Source of the DNA: Nostoc sp.
GTDB lineage: Bacteria > Cyanobacteriota > Cyanobacteriia > Cyanobacteriales > Nostocaceae
Assembly (NCBI RefSeq): GCF_036919615.1
Contig: NZ_JBALCN010000088.1
Coordinates: 60,226-124,225 of the forward strand
DNA: 64,000 bases
Direction: 5' to 3'
Below are positions 32,088-41,670 of this stretch, one piece after another (the first letter of the stretch is position 1; every line of letters begins with the position of its first letter). The notes below the pieces were generated by a model. The model saw only the letters and a program-made list of their open reading frames with translations, made no database searches and had not been told where the DNA came from. The position numbers were made by a program, and so were the translations under genes.

Positions 32088-32653
32088 AATCTTAGTTCTG
32101 GGTTGATTGTGGTGATTAAAGTCACGTCACTCCAAATTAATAGATATAAACGTGAAAGAGTATATTTAGTAACTTGTTTGTGCTGTTAGAAGTATTATAC
32201 GGCTCTTGCCAGTCAGATCAAATAATTATTCTTTGAAGAAAGAAAAATATATTGTACCTATTTTTCTTCAACAAAGATATTACATAGTTAATATTTATAC
32301 AAATTTCATTAAAAATAACTTTTTATCTATCAAAAAATCGCAGGTGTCAATCTATATATAGATATAAATATGGCGCTCTAAAAGCTTAATTTCGTTTTTC
32401 AAAAAATATAATGAAGCTTGTTACGTATTAATACTGATAAATTCATGAAAATACCGAGAATTCAAGATTTAGTCAATCTCAACAAACAACATTTTTTATA
32501 CGAGTTGTACTTAAATAAATTTCTCAAACTCAAAACGGAATTTTTCATTTTTGAATAAGTATTTTTATGTAAAAAATGTTTTTTTACAATTATTTTATAC
32601 AGCACTCGTCTAAATTAGTATAATTTATTTTAATATAAAACCTTTAATTTTGC

Positions 32654-32878
32654 TTAATTGTTGATTAAGTTAATTATACAAATTTTTCTTCTTAGTCCGG
32701 AGAATAGACTTGCCAAAACGGAGCTCAATAGATTTACACATCTTCGCCCGGATGCTCCCTTTATTGTGATTGCAGATGCTCCGTTTCCTCCTGCTCCTCC
32801 AAGTGCTCCGTTTTTTCCGGGTCTCCGTTGGTATCCCCTCAATACTTCGGGGTATATACATTTTGACTTTTCAAACAA
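32654..32878 (-). other. Gly/Ala-rich ORF, possibly a 5'-truncated relative of the 31839 peptide
   Basis: GKNGALGGAGGNGASAITIKGASG with strongly periodic GGA/GCA codons; no leader motif; TTG start. Confidence 0.35.
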
Positions 32879-32931
32879 CTGAAAATCAATGCGGAAAATA
32901 GAGAAACGCTAGACTAAACGGAAAGCAAGTC

Positions 32932-32970
32932 GGGCTTTATCCCCTCCTTAAAAGACAGGGCTTCTCGCCC
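32932..32970 (+). mobile_element. possible tnpB-family (IS605/IS607) right-end remnant
   Basis: GGGCTTTATCCCCTCCTTAAAAGACAGGGCTTCTCGCCC resembles recalled cyanobacterial tnpB element ends (TATCCCCGCCCTAAAAGGACGGGGTTTTACGCC). Confidence 0.4.
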
Positions 32971-33028
32971 TTCGGTATTGTTTTGATAGAGACAAGGGAG
33001 ATTTTCCTTGTCTCTACCTTCAGTCGAA

Positions 33029-33415
33029 TCAACGTCTTTGAGTTACCAAAAACTGACGCAAGCTCAACAAACTCAAGGTTTGACCCAAATTCAAGGGCAA
33101 AATTGAAATTCCTTCCAAGCGAGACTGCACCCAACCTTCTCCCCAGTACCATTCGTGGAACCCGTCAATGCCTCCGCTGAGTACTAAGCGGAGACAGTTG
33201 GATTTTACAACATCTACTTGATGATGAATCGAGACTGGCCCAGTCCAGGTCGTAAACTGGAATCCTGGAAGCAGTTCTTCTGGCATTCCTGGCGCAAAGC
33301 GTTGCCCTAAGAGCCATTTTTCTAGTTGTACCGGATGCAGCAGACTGTCACGAATTGCATCTGTTGAGGCTTCGATTTCGATCCGCAGTTGGCTTTGTTG
33401 AAAATTACCCAGCAT
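33029..33415 (-). CDS. conserved cyanobacterial hypothetical protein
   Basis: 128-aa ORF with GGIDGFHEWYWGEGWVQSRLEGIS. Confidence 0.75.
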   Translation of the reverse strand: MLGNFQQSQLRIEIEASTDAIRDSLLHPVQLEKWLLGQRFAPGMPEELLPGFQFTTWTGPVSIHHQVDVVKSNCLRLVLSGGIDGFHEWYWGEGWVQSRLEGISILPLNLGQTLSLLSLRQFLVTQRR

Positions 33416-33555
33416 TTTTCTAGAATTACCTAAAGGTGAGACATCGCTATTTCTAATATTGCAAATACAATCACTGATTATTACGGCATCACTTTTCTAC
33501 CAGCCGAGAACTTAGAATAGAAAAAGTGAACTTGTTAAGAAATGTAAGGTTATTC

Positions 33556-34461
33556 ATGGCGGATCAGTTAATTCGTGCAACAGCAGCCGAAGGTGGAATT
33601 CGTGCCATAGGTGTGATCACCACACGTTTAACAGAAGAAGCACGGGGGCGCCACAAGCTTTCTTATGTGGCAACGGCAGCACTAGGTCGGACTATGGCAG
33701 CAGGCTTGTTAATGGCTTCTAGCATGAAGCGAACTGGGTCGAGGGTCAATGTCCGGGTGAAGGGTGATGGGCCTTTAGGTGGCATATTGGTAGATGCAGG
33801 CTTAGATGGTACGGTACGCGGATATGTAGGAAATCCATCTGTGGAATTGCCTCCCAATGCCAAAGGTAAACTAGACGTTGGTGGTGCAGTGGGTGGCGGC
33901 TACCTCTACGTTGTGCGGGATATCGGTTATGGTTATCCTTACTCTAGTACGGTAGAATTAGTTTCTGGCGAAATTGGCGATGATGTGGCTCATTATTTAG
34001 TAAATTCCGAACAAACACCTTCAGCTTTAGTTTTAGGTGTGTTTGTGGGAGCAGGTGGAGTGACGGCTGCTGGAGGATTACTAGTACAAGTATTGCCTAA
34101 AGCTGCCAGAGACGAAGCCCTAGTAGAAACTTTGGAATCACGGGTAGCTGGTCTAGCAGGATTTACGCCATTGTTGCAAGCTGGGAAGACTTTGACTGAA
34201 ATCTTTGGCGACTTGTTGGGAGACATGGGGCTGGCAATCTTTCCCGAACGGCAAATGCTGCGCTTCCACTGTGGTTGTTCTTTTGATCGCGTTTTGGGGG
34301 CACTGAAGATTTTAGGAGAAGCCGAACTGCAAGATATGATTATTAAAGATGATGGTGCTGAGGCAACTTGCGAATTTTGTGGCAACGTTTACCAGGCAAG
34401 TAGTGATCAGTTAGCTCAACTAATTGCCGATTTGCAAGCTGAATCTTCCGTTTCAGGATAA
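33556..34461 (+). CDS. hslO: Hsp33 redox-regulated chaperone
   Basis: MADQLIRATAA start; C-terminal CGCS...CEFC zinc motif. Confidence 0.96.
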   Translation: MADQLIRATAAEGGIRAIGVITTRLTEEARGRHKLSYVATAALGRTMAAGLLMASSMKRTGSRVNVRVKGDGPLGGILVDAGLDGTVRGYVGNPSVELPPNAKGKLDVGGAVGGGYLYVVRDIGYGYPYSSTVELVSGEIGDDVAHYLVNSEQTPSALVLGVFVGAGGVTAAGGLLVQVLPKAARDEALVETLESRVAGLAGFTPLLQAGKTLTEIFGDLLGDMGLAIFPERQMLRFHCGCSFDRVLGALKILGEAELQDMIIKDDGAEATCEFCGNVYQASSDQLAQLIADLQAESSVSG

Positions 34462-34615
34462 AGTATAAAATAACACTGATTTTTGAGATTGAGAATGGTA
34501 CTCTGTGGAGAGAGATAATCAAAAAAGTAGCTTTTTAATCATGAGAAAGTTACTATGTCAACAATGGAATTATCGACCTAAAGCAGAGCGCTATTCAATT
34601 ATTTTGGTGTGAGAG

Positions 34616-36736
34616 ATGACAGAGCGGGATATTCCAGACAGTTGGTCAAGAGCCAGTGGAAGAGAGCCAGATCAAAACACAAGATTATCCCGAACAGAAG
34701 AATTCGGTGAAACTCAGCCATTTGATGTCCCAGCTACTGGTTCTGCCTCCAAGTCAGTGAAGCGGCGAAAAAAAAACGATACCGTACTACAGGGAAGCAA
34801 GCTACGCAAAGCATCTCGTAGAGAAGGATTACCTATAAATAGTCATTTAGAAGAAACTGCCCAACTCAGTAGAAGTCCTGGAAAATGGCCGCGCTGGATG
34901 AAAAGCTGGATATTGTGGCTAACACTGCTAATGTTGATTCCTGGCAGTGTTGGATTATTGGCAATGGCAATGCTGCTAAAGTTGCCCTCTGCCCCTAATT
35001 GCCCATCGATTTTCTGGCCCCTAGCTAGTGCTTCTGTGCGGCTACACTGCGCTCAGTTAGCGGCTTCTAAGCAGACAGTGAACGACCTATTGCAAGCGAT
35101 CGCTCTGGTAAAGCAACTACCACAAAATCACCCGTTGCATGGAGAAATTGATCGTTTCATAGAAGAATGGTCGCGGGATATTTTGAAGCTAGCTGATCAA
35201 AGTTTCCAAACAGGGAATTTAGATGAAGCGATCGCTACTGCTCAGAAAATACCCCAAGACGTGGCGGCTTATAAATTAGTTGATGAGCAAGTTAGCAAAT
35301 GGCAGTCAATTTGGTCAAAGGCAGAAGCCACATACAACGGTGCGATCGCCGAAGTTCGGGAACGGCGCTGGCAATCAGCATTCATGTTATCCGCCAAAAT
35401 GCTGCGCGTAGACAATCAATACTGGGCGGGTACTAAATACGACCAATTGAATCGTCTAATTGCCACAGCGCGGGAAGATAGCGATAAGTTAGGAAAAGCC
35501 GAAAGTTTAGCAAGTAGCAAAGTAGTCGATAATTTACTAGAAGCTATTAAGCTAGCCGAGTCAATTGGACAGGAAAGTTACATTTACCAAAAAGCTCAGG
35601 AAGCGATTCCCACATTTGGACGCAAAATGCTGGAACTGGCACAGGCAAAACTAGACAAGCGGGATGCTGATGAAGCACTGAATATTGCCAGACAAATTCC
35701 AGAAAGTGCGAAACTACAGGGCGAAACAGATGACTTTATGGCCATAGCTGACGCCAAAAGGAGTGCTTGGATCGGTAATGTTTCTGGTTTAGAAGCAGCG
35801 ATCGCTCAAGCGCAACAAATTGATCCTTCCAGACCAGCGTATAACGAAGCACAAGAACTGATTGCTCGTTGGCAGTTGGAAATTGAAGATGTTGCCCATT
35901 TGGAAAAAGCGAGAATATTGGCTAGCCAAGGAACAGTCCCTAATTTAACAGCAGCGATCGCTCAAGTGCAGCTGATCCCTACTAGTAACCCCAGAGCCAC
36001 AGAAGCTAGGCAAGAGATCGGTCGCTGGAGTGCCCAAGTTGAGACCATTGAAGACCAACCTTACTTAGAACGCGCCGAACAGATAGCAATATTCGACGAT
36101 ATTAACTCTTTGCAAGCTGCGATCGCCCAAGCCAGCGAAATTCGTAGAGGTCGTGCATTATATCCAGAAGCACGGAAAAAAATTCGTACTTGGGTAGGAA
36201 AGATTCAGCGAATTCAAGACCAACCCTACTTGGATCAAGCACAAGAACTGGCTCAGAGTGGAAATCTCATCGGTGCCATTAGCACGGCTCAACAAATTGC
36301 ATCCTCGGGAAGGGCGCTTTCTGGAGAAGCACAAGCTGCGATCAATGACTGGGAAGGGCAAATCCGCACCACAGAAAACTGGAAAAAAGCCCAAGAAGTG
36401 GGTGCGGCTGGCACGCCAGAAGCCTTAGTTGAGGCAATACGACTGGCGGATCGGGTTTCAAGCAATAGCATCTTACGTATGGATGCGAATCTGGCTATTG
36501 ACCAGTGGAGTAAGCAATTGTTAGAAATAGCACGCTCTCAAGGTCAGTCTGATATTGCCAAAGGGATTGAGATTGCTAAATCGATTCCACGCACTAGTGC
36601 TGCTTACAGTGCGGCGCAAGAGCAAATTAGGACTTGGCAGGAATTTCTTAATCCTCAACCGAAGCCTCAACTGGAGCCTCAGCCTCAGCTTGAATCTCCA
36701 CAATTGCTACCATCAACGACTACTAATGGGCAGTGA
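34616..36736 (+). CDS. conserved cyanobacterial membrane-anchored helical-repeat protein (often labelled chromosome segregation ATPase-like)
   Basis: Single TM helix, LP..PNCP.IFWP.ASAS.RL.CAQ motif, repeated AIA.A..I helices; no Walker motif seen. Confidence 0.8.
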   Translation: MTERDIPDSWSRASGREPDQNTRLSRTEEFGETQPFDVPATGSASKSVKRRKKNDTVLQGSKLRKASRREGLPINSHLEETAQLSRSPGKWPRWMKSWILWLTLLMLIPGSVGLLAMAMLLKLPSAPNCPSIFWPLASASVRLHCAQLAASKQTVNDLLQAIALVKQLPQNHPLHGEIDRFIEEWSRDILKLADQSFQTGNLDEAIATAQKIPQDVAAYKLVDEQVSKWQSIWSKAEATYNGAIAEVRERRWQSAFMLSAKMLRVDNQYWAGTKYDQLNRLIATAREDSDKLGKAESLASSKVVDNLLEAIKLAESIGQESYIYQKAQEAIPTFGRKMLELAQAKLDKRDADEALNIARQIPESAKLQGETDDFMAIADAKRSAWIGNVSGLEAAIAQAQQIDPSRPAYNEAQELIARWQLEIEDVAHLEKARILASQGTVPNLTAAIAQVQLIPTSNPRATEARQEIGRWSAQVETIEDQPYLERAEQIAIFDDINSLQAAIAQASEIRRGRALYPEARKKIRTWVGKIQRIQDQPYLDQAQELAQSGNLIGAISTAQQIASSGRALSGEAQAAINDWEGQIRTTENWKKAQEVGAAGTPEALVEAIRLADRVSSNSILRMDANLAIDQWSKQLLEIARSQGQSDIAKGIEIAKSIPRTSAAYSAAQEQIRTWQEFLNPQPKPQLEPQPQLESPQLLPSTTTNGQ

Positions 36737-36924
36737 TTATCTAGAGCGATCTTCAAGTCAATAGACCATAGTGTGGCTACTTACTAAGCATCTCAATATT
36801 GCCGATAGTCGGCATAATTACTAATCTTTATTCTCAGGTAAGACTTGGCAAGTTTTTAAGTTTCAAAAATTTTCTTCTTCTAATGCTTCTTTCATCTAAT
36901 TTCGGAGGCAATTATGATTTTATC

Positions 36925-37056
36925 AGGACTTACGCAAAAATTGCCAAAAAGCTTAATTTATCGAACCGCCAACGCGCAGCATTTCCAAGAGTTGACGCCA
37001 AGGACACCTCGCGCAGCGTCTCGTAGAGAAGAATTCGTAGAGTGTGCGTAAGTCCT
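36925..37056. mobile_element. MITE-like element with AGGACTTACGCA terminal inverted repeats
   Basis: AGGACTTACGCA (36925) ... TGCGTAAGTCCT (37056); a second copy of the family lies at 43779-43916. Confidence 0.7.
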
Positions 37057-37160
37057 ATTTATGAGACATTCCCATAGGCCGCAAAATCTCGACTTTTCAA
37101 AGCGAGGATGTAGCGCCAACGGCGAATTTTATCAGGCAATGTAGGATTAAGCTTCTTAGC

Positions 37161-38687
37161 TTAACCAAATCTTCTTGTCATAGCTGGGTTTCTGGCGAGT
37201 GGATTTCTGCCGAACAGCTTGATGATGGTTTGAGCAAATTCTCTATTATCGTAAAACTCATGCATCAAAGTAATAGGTTGGGAATAAAGTTGATCGCTGG
37301 AAAAGATCGACTTCCAATCTAGTTCGGTGCTATTAGCAACTCCAACTTCTTTCATCTTTTTGAGAAATTCATAAGCAATTAGCCCTTGACCGATGGCAGA
37401 CGGATGAATGCCATCCAAACTAAATAGTCCACCTTGTCGTAGTCGTCCAGTAGTGTCTGCGTGATAGTATTTAGTGTTGACTTGGGGATAGACAAACTTG
37501 AAGTATTCTGGGAATTCATACTGCACCTGTCCAGCATTTCGCTTGAAGGCGATTTGTTGTAAGGCATTGGCAAGATCAACAATGTGATAGCGTGGTTGCG
37601 GATACTGATTGTTCTTACTATCGACCAGTTTTCTGATTACTTTGTTGTATGTGCGAATACAGTCATCAATGTAGAGGGTATCTTGTAGCGTCAGATATAG
37701 GGTTCCGGTTTCTCTAACTGTATCTTCTTCAAAGGGAAAATAAGTGTAGTATTTGTAGTAAACTGAAGGTTTCTCTTCTCCCGGCACATCAATTTCAGTA
37801 GTTGAACCTACGCCTTTTGCCAATGGCGCAATAGTTACAAGCGGTATTGTTCCAATGAAGACATTCCAATCAGGGTTGCTGTTACTTTGCATGATTGTAT
37901 CAACCCGATCAAGCAATTGTTGATATTCAGCCTCGAAATCCTTAGGATGCCACAGATTCCATTTTTCTCTGACCTCACGGAATGATTCGGGCTTTTGACT
38001 TGGGTTTATGAGAATCTGATCTAGGTCATTGGGAGTTTGATTAATTTCTAAACTGATTACAGTTCCAAGCGCATTGTTTGCTCCTAACCAGAGAATTAAA
38101 TTCTCAACTCCCTCTGGAGCATTTGTATGATGGTGCTTCAACCAATCAAGTTGGCTATAGTTGTCATAAATAGGATTTAAAGACGGGTTGAGAACTTTAA
38201 GTGCAGTTCGATAGAAGGCAGCATTGGGCAGAGCCAAAAAACCAGGCTTACCCTCTCCTTTGTCGTTACTAAGTTTAATTTGATACTTGCAAACATTAGG
38301 TGTGATCATCCAAGAATCAGCAATATCAAAGCCCTGAATTGCTACATTGTGAAAGAAGTCAATTCCTCCTGGATAACGCTCCTCAGCACTACCTCCTAGC
38401 CGTTCATAGTAATCTTCAGCTTCATCAAGTACACCCTCAAGAGTTGGCAATATGGTCAGCCAATCTAAAGCGTTGATATCTGAGCCATATTTTTTTTCCA
38501 AACGCCGTAAAATCTTCTCAATATTGGCTGGTAATCCGCCCATTAACCATTCCGGATACAGATATTCAGCACCAACTTTTAGCCCCATTGACTTAGCAAT
38601 CAAAGTTGAAAAACAAAGGTCTGTCCGGGCGGCTGCCAAAGACATAAAGCCTTGAGAAATACTATCACCAATTGTAAAGAGTTTCAT
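37161..38687 (-). CDS. large SGNH/GDSL-hydrolase-like protein
   Basis: Block I FTIGDSISQG, block III WLGANNALG, block V SLDGIHPS; no signal peptide. Confidence 0.75.
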   Translation of the reverse strand: MKLFTIGDSISQGFMSLAAARTDLCFSTLIAKSMGLKVGAEYLYPEWLMGGLPANIEKILRRLEKKYGSDINALDWLTILPTLEGVLDEAEDYYERLGGSAEERYPGGIDFFHNVAIQGFDIADSWMITPNVCKYQIKLSNDKGEGKPGFLALPNAAFYRTALKVLNPSLNPIYDNYSQLDWLKHHHTNAPEGVENLILWLGANNALGTVISLEINQTPNDLDQILINPSQKPESFREVREKWNLWHPKDFEAEYQQLLDRVDTIMQSNSNPDWNVFIGTIPLVTIAPLAKGVGSTTEIDVPGEEKPSVYYKYYTYFPFEEDTVRETGTLYLTLQDTLYIDDCIRTYNKVIRKLVDSKNNQYPQPRYHIVDLANALQQIAFKRNAGQVQYEFPEYFKFVYPQVNTKYYHADTTGRLRQGGLFSLDGIHPSAIGQGLIAYEFLKKMKEVGVANSTELDWKSIFSSDQLYSQPITLMHEFYDNREFAQTIIKLFGRNPLARNPAMTRRFG

Positions 38688-38820
38688 TTACTGCCTTTAT
38701 AGTTATAGTTTTTTGCGTGGAAGTACCAAGGCGGAAATCCTGATTTTTAAACTATATGATACTAACCTATCACCCACAATCCATCTTAATTTCTTTAATT
38801 TCAGTGAATTTTAACGCACA

Positions 38821-38997
38821 GGAGCTATTAATCTGCAATTTATTGCAGGGCGAGAAAGCAACGCTCTTACCGAGGTTTTAGGGATGGGGGGTTTAACCCA
38901 TCGTATTGAGCAACAGGATCAATATATTCAGAACTTCCCAATCGTAAGTTCACACTTGGTGAAATGCAAAATCCTACTGCCTTCAGGCCTAGGATGA
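38821..38997 (+). pseudogene. tnpB: 3' tail of tnpB / putative omega(re)RNA region
   Basis: Open frame GAINLQFIAGRESNALTEVLGMGG...KILLPSGLG*. It starts with a RuvC-III-like (D.N)GAINL motif and ends inside the right-end hairpin, as tnpB genes commonly do. Confidence 0.55.
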
Positions 38998-39008
38998 GCT
39001 TAAACTCT

Positions 39009-39887
39009 TTATTCGCCGATCGCTTCTCCCCATTCCTTAATTACAGAAAATAGTGATGAGTAATCATCATCAGCAAACGACATTTTCACGGCTGTTTGCA
39101 AGATTTGCCGTACACCTTTAATACTGCTGAGATCCAAACTCTGAGATTTCGCTTCAGAGATAAACAATTCTGTATCTTTGAGCAAGTGTTTTGTGGGGAA
39201 ATTCGGATCAGCATAATTGCTATCCAACATCCGTTGTAGCTTTGTGTCAAAAGTAGGTGCGTAGAGTGAACTGTCGCGCAATATTTGCATAAACACATCC
39301 ACATCGACACCCTGACGCTGGACAAAAGCTAGACTCAGAGCAAAGCTAGTTGTTAGGGAAGCTATTAATTGATTTAGTGCCAATTTGAGCGCCGCCGCAG
39401 ATCCCACAGGGCCTATAAGTAAAGGTTCTGTCCCAAAATTTTGGAGTAACTTTAAATGGCGTTGATATTGTTCTGCCTCTGCCCCTACCATAACACTCAA
39501 CTTGCCAGCTTTTGCTTCCGGGATACTCCCTAATACGGGTGCTTCTAAATATTCACCACCACCCGCAACAACTGCATCTCTAATTTCCTGGCTTTCTGTG
39601 GGAGTAATTGTTCCCATTTGGATGATAGTGCGCCCTTCCAGAGTTTGCCAAGCAGTGTCAGAAAGCAACACATTATAAATCGCTGGGGCATTAGTAAGCA
39701 TGAGGATTATGCACTCAGCAGCACGAATGGCGTGGCGGGGATGTGTGACAATTTCAGCCCCAGATGCTTGTAGTGGCGCTAATTTTTCTGGGGTGCGATT
39801 GTAGGCAACTAGCTGTATATCTGCGGCTAATAACCTTTGAGCCATTGGTAGTCCCATCAGTCCAGTTCCCAGAAATGCCACCTTCAT
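39009..39887 (-). CDS. NAD(P)-dependent oxidoreductase, 3-hydroxyisobutyrate dehydrogenase / glyoxylate reductase family
   Basis: FLGTGLMG, EAPVLGS, LKLALNQL, NFPTKHLLKD. Confidence 0.92.
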   Translation of the reverse strand: MKVAFLGTGLMGLPMAQRLLAADIQLVAYNRTPEKLAPLQASGAEIVTHPRHAIRAAECIILMLTNAPAIYNVLLSDTAWQTLEGRTIIQMGTITPTESQEIRDAVVAGGGEYLEAPVLGSIPEAKAGKLSVMVGAEAEQYQRHLKLLQNFGTEPLLIGPVGSAAALKLALNQLIASLTTSFALSLAFVQRQGVDVDVFMQILRDSSLYAPTFDTKLQRMLDSNYADPNFPTKHLLKDTELFISEAKSQSLDLSSIKGVRQILQTAVKMSFADDDYSSLFSVIKEWGEAIGE

Positions 39888-40043
39888 TTTTCACGTTCCT
39901 TTAATACAGCGTCACAGCCCATCGTGGACATCGCCTTTGCATTGTTTGATTCAAATTAGTTGGGAAGTAGTTACATGAGAATTAAGATACAATCCCAAAT
40001 CCCAGTTTCCTACTCCCCACTCCCTATTTCCTAACTCTGGCAA

Positions 40044-40139
40044 TCAACCACCAGCGGCAAAAGTCACCATAATTATCACTGAAAGTAAAATACCAGGGGT
40101 AAGTAGTGTTGCTAACATTAGCAGGTCATGAGTGGACAT
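40044..40139 (-). CDS. putative 31-aa single-pass membrane microprotein (absent from the ORF track)
   Basis: MSTHDLLMLATLLTPGILLSVIIMVTFAAGG*; ATG start, co-oriented between two minus-strand genes, followed by STRR repeats. Confidence 0.6.
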   Translation of the reverse strand: MSTHDLLMLATLLTPGILLSVIIMVTFAAGG

Positions 40140-40249
40140 AATTATTACTTTGAGAGTGTGTTTAACTTTACAGTAATCACTGTTATGCTAGTCTAAATCA
40201 GACTGACAATGCATTCTTAAATAGAGTTTTAACTTTTCTTTCTTTACAT

Positions 40250-41437
40250 TTACTCAGGCAGCGTCAATCCTTTTAGTGGTTGAGAAATTTCTGTCTTGTC
40301 TAGACCTTTGCTCTGAACTAAGACTCCAAAGCCGCCCAGTCCTGTGGGATCTATAAGCTGGTGTAGTGCGTCCCGCCGCTGTAGTAACTGTGAGAGGGGT
40401 TGCTGTTGATCAGAAAGGGTAGCAATGCGATCGCCTAACCCCAACGTCATCAAAAATAATCCTTGTTGGATAAAACCAACATTTTTTAAATTACACTTCT
40501 CACCCCAGCGTTCCAAAGCCGTAAAGTCAACATGGGCAGTGATATCTTGTCGCCCAATATTAATATAAGGGTTGTCATGGAAACGGTGATGATAATAGCA
40601 CTGTAGCGTTCCTTGCGATCGCCTGGGATTGTAGTAACGACTGGCGGGGTAGCCATAATCAATTGTTAACACATAGCCGCGCTGCAAGCGGTCTGCTACT
40701 ATACTCAACCAGTCTAAAGCAGCTAAATTAATTTCACTGCGGTAGCCATCTGGATATCCACTTTGGGTAAAGTCGATTTCCACTAAGTCTAAATATTCAG
40801 CCAGTTGGGGCGTTGAAGGTTCTCCTGTGACTTCTACAAATGATGGGCATGAGGCATTGGTTTGTTTCTCATTCTTGTCTGTTGTCACATAAATTTCTCG
40901 CAGTTCTCCTGTCTCCAGGATGAATTGATGCACGGGGAAGGCATCTACTAACTCATTAGAAAAAAAGCAGCCAGCGATCGCATTAGATGGTATCTCCTCT
41001 AAATTGCACCAACGCACGGGTAAATCTTGCAAGCGTTGCTGCTGTTCTTGTCTTAAAGTTGGCGACTTTTCAACAATGATGTACTCCAGTGCAGTAAAAA
41101 AATCTGGGTAGCGTAGCTGATGATATTCAAGGATATACAATGCCAGCAGTCCTTGACCTGCTCCCATTTCTACCAGAGAAAAGGGTACAGGTTGCCCTAA
41201 AATTTCCCACATTTGGAAAAATTGTTCTGCTAGTAACTCACCAAAGTCAGCACAGAGGTTACCAGAGGTGAAAAAATCACCACCTTTAAAGCCAATTTTG
41301 ACTGCATCGCTGGAATAGTAGCCGTATTCGGGATGGTATAATACCATATCCATGAATTGGGCAAAAGTAATTCGCTGCTGAGGACTGGTAGTAATGTGAT
41401 TTGCGATCGCTGCACACAATGCTGGATTTGAATCCAT
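40250..41437 (-). CDS. SAM-dependent methyltransferase, MidA/NDUFAF7 (DUF185) family
   Basis: GDFFTS, VEMGAGQG, FSNELVDAFP, IDYG and DITAHVDF motifs. Confidence 0.92.
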   Translation of the reverse strand: MDSNPALCAAIANHITTSPQQRITFAQFMDMVLYHPEYGYYSSDAVKIGFKGGDFFTSGNLCADFGELLAEQFFQMWEILGQPVPFSLVEMGAGQGLLALYILEYHQLRYPDFFTALEYIIVEKSPTLRQEQQQRLQDLPVRWCNLEEIPSNAIAGCFFSNELVDAFPVHQFILETGELREIYVTTDKNEKQTNASCPSFVEVTGEPSTPQLAEYLDLVEIDFTQSGYPDGYRSEINLAALDWLSIVADRLQRGYVLTIDYGYPASRYYNPRRSQGTLQCYYHHRFHDNPYINIGRQDITAHVDFTALERWGEKCNLKNVGFIQQGLFLMTLGLGDRIATLSDQQQPLSQLLQRRDALHQLIDPTGLGGFGVLVQSKGLDKTEISQPLKGLTLPE

Positions 41438-41670
41438 AAAATTTAAGGTTTGAGATTAGGGTGTTGAGAAAATAAATGAATTATGAATGATGCAAAACAA
41501 AATTCATAATTCATAATTTCCCTAACGGTCTACAAACCCCATAATATCGACCACTGTGGCATAAGCGCTGGCATTCATTGACAGACAAAACTTGGGAAGT
41601 TTGCAGTTCCATGTCATCGCCGCTCAATGCAACGCCACAAAATGGTTCAGCATCTATCTACCTTATATCC

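Larger units (their letters stand above)
37062..39003 (+). mobile_element. putative non-autonomous IS200/IS605-family derivative carrying a passenger gene
   Basis: Left hairpin AAAT-CTCGACTTTTCAAAGCGAG-GATG (37084-37110), preceded by TTTA at 37058-37061. Right hairpin AAAT-CCTACTGCCTTCAGGCCTAGG-ATG (38969-38996), ending TTAA at 39000-39003. A tnpB-like tail precedes the right end. Confidence 0.55.

Noticed and set aside
40173-40186. GTA-N8-TAT as an NtcA box upstream of the microprotein
   Set aside because: It mismatches the GTA-N8-TAC consensus in an AT-rich region; too weak without TSS data.
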